A stretch of 62,886 bases of DNA, counting the filler, from Kipferlia bialata (Eukaryota): assembly GCA_003568945.1 (NCBI GenBank). It is 4 parts of 4 records of this genome, joined end to end, with 100 filler letters (N's around TTAATTAATTAA, not from the genome) between each part and the next. Parts side by side here need not be neighbours in the genome. Positions count along the whole stretch, not along the records: positions 37,921 to 56,143 come from BDIP01000022.1; positions 56,244 to 62,886 come from BDIP01000026.1; 2 more parts are not named here. The stretch is one strand, 5' to 3'. The notes beneath the pieces were generated by a model, which was given only the letters and a program-made list of their open reading frames with translations, was not told where the DNA came from and searched no databases. This document shows, in pieces, positions 53,410-62,886 of the stretch. How positions within the stretch are numbered: position 1 is the stretch's first letter; each line of letters opens with the position of its first letter. The position numbers and the translations under genes are program-made.

Positions 53410-54533
53410 ATGTCATGGCACTGATGACACTGCCTAAGGTGAGAGAGAGAGGGAGAGAGAGAGAAAGAGAGTAATGTCAGGGCACTGATGCACAGACACA
53501 TGGATAGGGAGAGCAACCTCACTCACCGAGTGCCGACAGCGACTGGTTGATCCGCCTTGCCTCCTCCAGTCTGATGCCCCGGGACTGGCTGCGCTTGACT
53601 CTGGTGGGTTAGACACATCAATTAGGTGTATAATAATATATTTTTATATATATTCTGAGAGGCTGATGCCACGGGACTGGCTGCGCTTAACCCTGGTTGG
53701 TTAGACACATCAATTAGGAATATAATAACATATATATTCTGAGATGCTGATGCCACGGGACTGGCTCCTCTTAACCCTAGCCATCAGATAGAATAATGTA
53801 TATACACACACCCATATATATATATAGTATACTCAGTCGGATGCCACGGGACTGGCTGCGCTTGACTCTCGTGGATAGACACAGTAGTATATATACTGTT
53901 GACAGGATATATTACTATATAAACTAGATACACACCTCTCCGACCCAGCCAGGTCCACCAGTGTCAGGGTGGCCTGGGTGGTGGTGGGGACCTGCACATC
54001 GCCTCCCTCATCAACGTGTACAGTGCGGACACCCTCCCTGGGGTAAGAAGAGTATGTATACATGCATAGATTGAGAGAGAGAAAGAAGAATGCAATGAAC
54101 TTAGATACAGAGAGAGTCATTAGGATAGGGAGGAAACCTCCATGAAGTTTATGCACCTCCCCACAAACACCATATGACCGTTAGACGTCTAGTAGAGGAC
54201 AATACACAAATATACCTTCCCACTGATACCATCAGCACCGTATGACTCCTGGAAGTTGTGGCATTCATAGTATATGTATCATATATATATATATATATAA
54301 AAATATATATATACATGGATGTGCCTATATATGTATATACCTTCCCACTGACACCATCAATACTGTGTGACTTCTGGAGGATGTGGCATTCATCAATACA
54401 CATCATATCATACCATATATATATGTACATATGTGTGTGTGTATGTATATATACCTCCCCACTGACACCATCAGCACTGTGTGACTCCTGGAGGATGTGG
54501 CATTCATCAGGGTGGGGGCCATGGCTCTAGGGT

Positions 54534-54564
<31 letters not shown>

Positions 54565-56064
54565 GGAGAGGGGGAGGAAGAGGGAGAGGGAGAGAGGTGG
54601 CATTCATCAGGGTGGGGGCCACGACCCTATAGTAAGGGAGAGAGAGAGAGAAGGAGTGAGAAAGACGAGATGTGGCTCTGAATATAGTACATCCGTTCAA
54701 TAACCCCTCCTGCAGTGCGTGTAGTGCCTCTTTGGCATATAATCTCTCTCTCTCTCTCTAAATGCAACATATACTAACCATTACCTGTTCAATAACCCCT
54801 CCTCCAGTGCTTGTAATGCCTCTGGGGCAGACGTGACGGTGCGGGAGGTTAGACCACTCACATAGAAGCCAGTGGTATCTTCCCTATAGAGTGAGATAAT
54901 TGAAGAGAGGGAGAGACATAATCAAACATCTACCCACGTACACATGCATAACACAACACAAATATATGCATGATAGTAAGGTAACTAATGATAGTAGATT
55001 TAATGACAGTAAGGAAAAAGAAAGGGATATATATGCATACACGAGTCCATATGAGACTACCTCACTGCCAGTGGCACTGCCCCCTTGTCAAACAGGTCAT
55101 GCACACGGTCGAGGTAGATCTAGAGTCAGATACACATATACATACAGAGAGAGAGAGAGAGAGAGACATACATACCTGCAGGAACGAGATGATGACTGTG
55201 CAAAGGAGAAAACATATTCCACGTTGTTCATGTCTTTATCAAATCATTGATGAACAGAAACATATACAAGAAAACTCTCTACGAACCTGTAGGAACGACA
55301 TGCTGACCGTGCACTCCCCCTGTTCGACATCGCCCTCTCCCTCTCCCTCTCCCTCTCCCCAGCACTGGCCCTTATCTATCTGGTCGAACAGACACTGTAG
55401 GGAGAGAGATACAATGCCAGAGTGGGTGTCCTTGGCAGAGTGGATATTGGTCCTACGGTTAGATGACTATTATATACATATATATGAATACATATACATA
55501 ATTGTGTGAAGAGGGAGACAGAGGGGGAGAGACGCCAGAGTGGGTGTCCTTGGCAGAGTGCACGTTGGTCCAACGGTTACCTAAGTATGTTCATAATACA
55601 TGTTCACAGATACATAGAAACTGTATTTTAACATATATATATGAATATATATGGAGAGAGCAAACTAGCTCTGTATCTAATAGTATGGAACCACTGTCTG
55701 ATGTACTCCATGTCTCCCAGACAATATGTGGACTGTACATACTGTGAACACTATACATACATACATACATACTATAAGAAAATTCTCTATAGCCTACTAT
55801 GGATACCTCTGCCTGATGGACTCCTAGTCCACTATAGAGGTATACATACTGAATACTATATATACATATATAAATATATATTCATAGATGCACATACATG
55901 TATCCATACCTCTGCCTGATGGACTCCCTGTCCAGTAGACTCTTTATATATATATATATATACGCTATCGAATATACAATACATACACTTAGTGTGTAAT
56001 TGTACATAGTAGTGACGTACCTCTGCCTGATGGACTCCCTGTCCACTAGACCCATGGTGTATGT
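49187..56064 (-). CDS. Kinesin-like protein (N-terminal motor, low-complexity tail), 5' truncated
   Basis: TYTMG (after the P-loop), RAMAPTLMNATSSRSHTVL (switch I), LTLVDLAGSER (switch II), EARRINQSLSALG, HIPFRNSKLTR, LLQNSLSGNCRTCVIATVCP, ETISTLAFAKR. Confidence 0.95.
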
Positions 56065-56143
56065 CTGGAGGGTGAGGAAAGATGTATACAAACAGGTCGC
56101 TCAAGGTGGGGGGGGGGGGGGGGGGGGGGGGGGGAAAAAAAAA

Positions 56144-56243
56144 NNNNNNNNNNNNNNNNNNNNNNNNNNNNNNNNNNNNNNNNNNNNTTAATTAATTAAN
56201 NNNNNNNNNNNNNNNNNNNNNNNNNNNNNNNNNNNNNNNNNNN
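56144..56243. other. Artificial contig linker
   Basis: N44-TTAATTAATTAA-N44. Confidence 0.98.
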
Positions 56244-56515
56244 TTATAAACCCCGTTTTCCCCCGACCCCCCCCCCCCCCCCCCCACTCTCTCTCTGATA
56301 CATATATAGCATTCGTCACTCAGTGTTCAACACTGATTTCCTCCTATTCACCCCTGTACTTTCAACTCCCCCTCCTCTCTCTCTTTTAATAAAGGAGTCT
56401 CTTGTAACCACTGCGTAACAAGTGTTAGCTGCCCTCCCTCACACACTGGCATTATCGCTCTCTCGCTGTCTCTCTCTCTCTCTCTCTCTCTCTCCCACTA
56501 CACCCTTATCTCCAG

Positions 56516-57462
56516 GCATCATGTTTGGTCTCCTTGTCCTGGCCGGTGGCTGGTGGCTCATGGTGCACGTGCTGATGTGAGTGGATAGTATTATATACTG
56601 AATATATAGTATGTAGTGTATATAGTGTATGATATATATGTATGTGCTCATGTACGTACGAGTAATATTCCCTGCTTCCTCCTTAACTCCCCCTCCCTAT
56701 TCACTATAGTTACTGCAGGGTCGTCAGTATTATTGTTCCTCTCCCTCTCTCTCTACACTATTTCCCTCTATATCCTATTCTTAACGCATACCAGGGTATC
56801 ATAGTGATGATTCTCTCTCTCCCCCACTTTCTCCTTCTCTCTCTCATATTTCTATCACTATATATACTAATGTTTAGGGTCCTTGGCATCATAGTGATGT
56901 GTCTGTTCCCAGTGCCCATAGTGTATGGTATCATGGGTACGTTATGGACATATGTATGTTATGGGTATATGCATCTATATTTGTATGTATGTAGACATTA
57001 TTTCATACTGGAGGGGTAGAGAGATGAGCCCATAGTGTATAATGTTAGGGTACATTGTTTGTGTATATATACAGCAATAGGTATATGTCTCATACCAGTG
57101 TTCCGCAGTGTCAACAGTGCCCCAGACCCCCCCCCTCTCTCTCTCTCTTTCTTTCTCTGTATATATATGGCCATATATTCCTAATAACAGTCTTCCGCAG
57201 TGTCAACAACGCCCCTGACTCCAAGAAGAGCCAGAAGACCAAGAAGGAGGAGGTATCTATACAGATAGAGTATATATATATATAATAGAGAGAGATAGTA
57301 ATGCCCCAGACTCCAAGAAGAGCCAGAAGACAAAGGAGGAGGAGGTATCTATACAGATAGAGTGTGTATATATATAGAGAGATAGAGAGAAGGAGAGAGA
57401 GAGAGAGACTCCAAAAAGAGCCAGAAGACGAAGAATGAGGAGGTATAGAGAGATTATATATG

Positions 57463-57498
<36 letters not shown>

Positions 57499-57911
57499 AG
57501 GAGAGAGATTACAAGAAGAGCGAGAAGACGAAGAAGGAGGAGGTATGGAGAGTGTATGTGTCTATGTACGTCAAGCGCAAGCATATCGCTCTTTCCTATG
57601 TATCTTAGTATCTAGCATGGGTATTTCCTCGTACCTTGCCCACATGCTTGCTGTCAATGCTTTATATATATGTATCTCTATCTCTCTCGCCCTCTCTCTC
57701 TCTCTCTCTGAATCTATTTGTCTCTCACACCAGTACCTTGCCCATATGCGTGCTTGTGCATATACTCATATATATATCTATATTTATATATATATGAATG
57801 TATATATGTATATATGTAGTGATGGTATGTATCTAACCCTAGTACCTAGCCCACATGCGTGCTGTCAATGCTGCCAAGGCAGCTGAGCAGACAGCTGAGG
57901 ACGCTGTCTAG
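56516..57911 (+). CDS. 3' end of a membrane protein
   Basis: Phase-consistent exons GIMFGLLVLAGGWWLMVHVLM|VLGIIVMCLFPVPIVY|VFRSVNNAPDSKKSQKTKKEE|YLAHMRAVNAAKAAEQTAEDAV*. Confidence 0.65.
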
Positions 57912-58400
57912 AGAGGGAGAGGGAGAGGGAGCGAGAGAGAGAGAGAGAGAGAGAGTATGTAGTAGTAGTCTGCTGAGCAGACAGCTGAGGACGCTGTATA
58001 GAGGGGCTAGAGGGAGAGAGAGGGAGAGAGTATGGAGTAAGCGTACTAGGTCTAGTAGTCGGTAGTTAGAATTGAAGTGCAGGAATGCACAGACACCGCG
58101 TTTCACACGTTCCTCACGTTTCAGACGCTATGGTTAATAATAGAACTCATAGTATATTCGTGGAACTGGGATTATTGAATTATCAATATGAGTTCCCTCT
58201 TCTCTTAGATACCAAAAGAGAGAAGTAGATATCTAACACCTGATTCTCTCTATTCTTCATTGGTACACAAAACAAGTAACAGAAATTGGAAACATACACT
58301 GAAAACAACACACTTAAAGAATGTCTGTAATAGGCACTTGATAATAAGGCCCATGCTACAGCGACTGCAGCGTCTCAGACGTCTCGGGCGTCTCGACCGT

Positions 58401-59289
58401 TCACACCTCCGGGAACAAGTGCCTGAAGAGTGTTGGGTTGAAGTCTGGGAAAGACTTGAAACCTGGGTGTCAGCAACTACACTCATTTGGATAGGAATCA
58501 ATATAATGAACACATACTGTGCAGAAGTTAACATCCACCGCACTCAGGACATAGTGTAGTATATATTAGATAGATATAATAGGATATATATAATACAGTT
58601 CTCTACAATACACATACAAATTGTATAACATATACATATGTATATAATACCTGGGCAGTAGTTGACATCCACCACACTCAGGATGTGTTTTGTTAAGAAT
58701 AGTACAGTATATAATAACAGTATATACAATGAATACATAATGTAGATGTATATATACCTGGGCAGTAGTTGACATCCACAACACTCAGGACACTGGACCC
58801 TCCCTCTCCATCTCCCTCTCCCTCTCTATCTCCCTCTGTCTTTCCCTCTCTATCCCCCTCTCCCTCTCTCTCTCTATCCCCCTTCCTGTCCAGAATGACA
58901 TCGATGCCCAGCATGCTGACACTGGAGGTTAGAAATGTGAATATATATACCCATAGTGTATTTACATAAAAGCATATATATATGCACATATACATACTTT
59001 CATTCATCGGTACCAAGAATGGTGACATCAAAGGACTACTAGTCATAGATATACTCATACATACTCACTTTAGCCTGGCCGATAGGGCCAGACACGTCTT
59101 CCTAAGGACAGACAGCTCAGCCTGGGGTGAATAATAGGGGGTAGAAGATGAAGAAAGGGTGTAGAAGGAGAGAGAATAGTCTTCCTAAGGACAGACAACT
59201 CAGCCTGGGGTGAATATACTATATATTCACCACACACGCATACATATGGGGTGCAAGGAGGTATGAAGAGTGAAGGAGGATAGAAGTAG

Positions 59290-59335
<46 letters not shown>

Positions 59336-61469
59336 CACCTCAGACAGGTTGTGGGGTGTCACTGGGCTGGAGCGCATGAAGGACTGGGGGTAAGGGTAGA
59401 TAAGGGAACCATATTCAATAAGAAAATACACATATTCCATATATATATATCTACTCACTATTACTATATACTCACTACTGTTATACACAATACACATATA
59501 TATATCTGGAGCACATGACGGACTGGGTACAAGGGAGGGATAACATATACGTATCATAAGTGCGTACTATATATACAGATATTACCTACAAAGATATGGA
59601 GGGCAAGAATGATAGGGAGTATGGGGGTAGACTCTAAAAGAAATAGATGATAGTGGGAAGAACACAGAGGTCAAGGCAAATTAATATTCAATACATATTA
59701 CACATATAGAATATTCATATAGAAAATATATGTACCTGACTGTTGAATGGGACAGTGTCCACAGCAGGGTCAGAGAGTGATATATAATGTTACATGAACT
59801 CATAAAATAATACATTATAAGTGTAAGTTGTCTATATAGTCATTGTTATAGTGTCAATTAAGTCTCATACTGACCTGACTGTTGAATGGCACAGTGTCCA
59901 CAGCAGGGTCAGACAGAGTGCGGACTAGGGCCTGGGAATAAGGGCGTAGAGGGAATGCAAATCAAAAATATGGTATCCCGTACCTGTACTGGCTCTGACA
60001 CGTCTCCGCATATCACGTGCATACATGGACATATATATATATAAGTGTGTGTGTATATATACATACATATATTGCTTACACTTATACACTCTATGTATAC
60101 CTGCACCGGTTCTGACACGTCTCTGCATATCACGTGCATGGAGTCACCGATCATATAGACCTAAGAATGAGGGGGTAGCAATCTAATTGAGGGTGTATAC
60201 TCAGGGTGTATAATGGTGTAGTCCATGAATTGGCAAATGGGAAGGAAATAGATGTAAACTAATTTCTATATCTGACAACACTCTCACACCTTGTACACTG
60301 TGCTGTTCAGTAGGAAGGGCATGAATAAGGGTGTAGCACAAGAATATGGGTGTATAGGTGCAACTGCTTATAGTACAGTAAGATCAAATAGAATATATAT
60401 ATATACCTTGTACACTGTGCTGTGCAGTAGGAAGGGCATCGCAATGACAGCCTCCCTGCACCCTTTATCCTCTGTGCTAGACCCTTTATCCACTAGGGAG
60501 AGAGAGGTGTCGGCGGCACAGAGCTGCAGACTGGGTCTGAGTGGAAATTAAATAAACACGCATACATTCAGATATGCATATATATACCCATTTAGATGGA
60601 GAGCTGCCTACACTACAATAAAATAGGTATAATAATTAATATTGGCAATAATTATTAACATATACAATATATTCTACATGCACTATATATATACCTGTGA
60701 CTGATGCTGGGCCCACAGCCCCAGAAGGGCAATATATATATGTGTATATATGTAAATGTATGTAAATAGTAATAATGTATTTATGCATATATGAACTATA
60801 CATATATATATAGTACCTGTGACTGATGCTGGGCCCACAGCCCCAGAAGGGCTTGAGGATGGTGATGCCTGAGTGTAAGGGTGAAGAGGGAGATCAATAT
60901 GGTATACAAAGAGAAGCTAAGAATAATAGATTTTATGAAAACACTGGTGAACATAGAACAATGGGTGGGTGAACGAGCCCATGAAAGTTGAGAAGTGTCC
61001 GAATCATACCTCTGAGTTATCATTATATATGTATTTATACAATAAGTAATATACATGCCTGGGTATGGCAGGTTGACATAAGGTATATGTGAATTCATAT
61101 ACTCATATACAAATACTATTCATATGTATACATAAATATATGTATATATTAATATATTTATACACATATATACTAATGTATATATACTAATGTAAATATA
61201 TATACACATATATACCTGGGTATGGCAGGTTGACTAGAGGGGGTGTGGAGACAGACACACCACTATCTCTCTCCCCCTCTACACCCCTATTCAGGGTCTG
61301 TGACACATCCTGGACAACATCAGACAGGACTGTCGACATGTCCCTCCTGATGGTTAGATAAGTATACATTTATACACATATATATATATACATATATACA
61401 ATATATATACTTATACACAATACAGACAGTACAGTGGACATGTCCCTCCTGAGAGTTAACAATATACAT

Positions 61470-61500
<31 letters not shown>

Positions 61501-62013
61501 GATATATTGTATACTCATATGAACTGCAATATATATATGCAATAGTAACATGACGACATCAGACAGGACAGTCGACATGTCTCTCCTGACAGGGTTAGAT
61601 TCACAGCAATCTACACTTAGATTGTATATATACATATTAATCATAATAAGATAAATTATAGAGGACAGTGGACATATCTCCCCTTAAGGCTATATATGCA
61701 TTTATAAATATGCACATATATATAATTCATATTCTACTACCCAGGCACATGGACGATCTGGTAACATATGGTGGATATGCATATATGTTCCATAGAGAAT
61801 GTAAATTCATACCTATCCAGGAAAGGCTTCACACTCATGACTGGGTCCAATACCCTGATGCCCGGCTGGACGGACAGACAGTGGGAGAGGTCAGACAGGA
61901 GGTCCCAGTCAATACCTGATATAAGGGTGTAGAGAGAGAGAGAGAGAGAGAGAGAGAGGCAGTAGTAGAGGTCAGACAGGAGGTCCCAGTCAATGCCTAT
62001 GGTTGGTACTATT

Positions 62014-62046
<33 letters not shown>

Positions 62047-62586
62047 AACCTTCCTCTGGCAGACTGATGGTACAGGGGGATAGGAACATATATATATATA
62101 TACATATATATATATGTATATACATACTCACCCTCCTCTGGCAATTGAGACACTGGTGGGTGCTGCCTGGGGTTCTCTCCCTTGACCAGTGCTGACACAT
62201 CTTCTTGACTCTCAATGACCCCTTGACTCTCCTTGACCCCTTCTGTTGGGGAGGGAGGGCGAGTCACCAGGGCAGGTTGGAACACCCAGTCAGTCACCTA
62301 GAGGGGTAAGAGCGTTTGAGACGTTTATGGGTAACAAACTTGTAGGCTGGAACACCCAGTCACTGACCTGTAGGGTAGGTAGACTATGGATAATTACACA
62401 TACACATAGAACACATATTGCAAAGATATTTGAACATGATTATACCTTCTGCATCACGACATCACCCCTCCTCAGCATGACTCCTCTGCCTCTTCTCTCT
62501 CTCTCTCTCTCATCCCCTCTCCCCCCTTCTCTCTCCCTCTCCAGGTGCTGTCTGATAAGTGACTCTGGGGTCCTCACATGCATAAC
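58401..62586 (-). CDS. ITPK1: Inositol-1,3,4-trisphosphate 5/6-kinase (ATP-grasp) family, 5' truncated
   Basis: LPYPGITILKPFWGCGPSISHR, VIAMPFLLHSTVYK|VYMIGDSMHVICR, TVPFNSQ, VSMLGIDVILD...VLSVVDVNYCPG|FKSFPDF match ITPK1 motifs (KP...G...SH, KVY.IG, FG.DVI, IDINYFPGY). Confidence 0.82.
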
Positions 62587-62886
62587 CTGAGAGTAAAAGG
62601 GTGTAGAGAGAGAGAGAGAGAGAGATGCTCTGGGTCTCACCTGAAGAGTTACAATTGAGAGGGGAGGGGGGGATCAATGTACTGTGAGACTAGATATAAT
62701 AGAAATAGTAGAGATGCATTCGTAGAGATCTAATAGAAATAATGGATAAGAGAAGTAAAGCTGAAAGGTTCACGGTCCTTGGAAGGAAGTAGCAGACAGA
62801 GAAGGAGAGGTAGAGAGAGAGAGAGAGAGGGGTCGAAACAACCTCGGAGAGAGATATGGAGATAATGAAAGAGGGAACAAGGGGGG

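Overview
Eukaryotic, very intron-dense DNA with (TA)n/(GA)n-rich introns and a branch point fused to the 3' splice site (CTMACCCYAG-like). The style suggests a metamonad/fornicate protist such as Kipferlia; this is an inference. Three artificial 100-nt linkers (N44-TTAATTAATTAA-N44) split the window into four unrelated contigs: 1-22857, 22958-37820, 37921-56143 and 56244-62886. Manual splicing recovers RTF2, V-ATPase subunit D, a kinesin, an ITPK1-family kinase, a PQ-loop transporter, a thioredoxin-fold protein, a WD40-like/MORN protein, a pentapeptide-repeat protein, a SWIM/MULE-like fragment, a 371-bp MITE, an intronless membrane protein and several hypotheticals. Two things stand out. (1) 'Exon echoes': introns and 3' UTRs carry partial 25-65 nt copies of the adjacent exon end with its splice site or stop codon. 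They follow a fixed polarity, and in many copies differ from the real exon almost only at synonymous positions (e.g. 8 of 8 changed codons). (2) Two large membrane-protein genes end in class I cyclic-nucleotide phosphodiesterase-like domains that have lost most metal ligands (pseudo-PDEs). All gene models were spliced by hand, with no database search.
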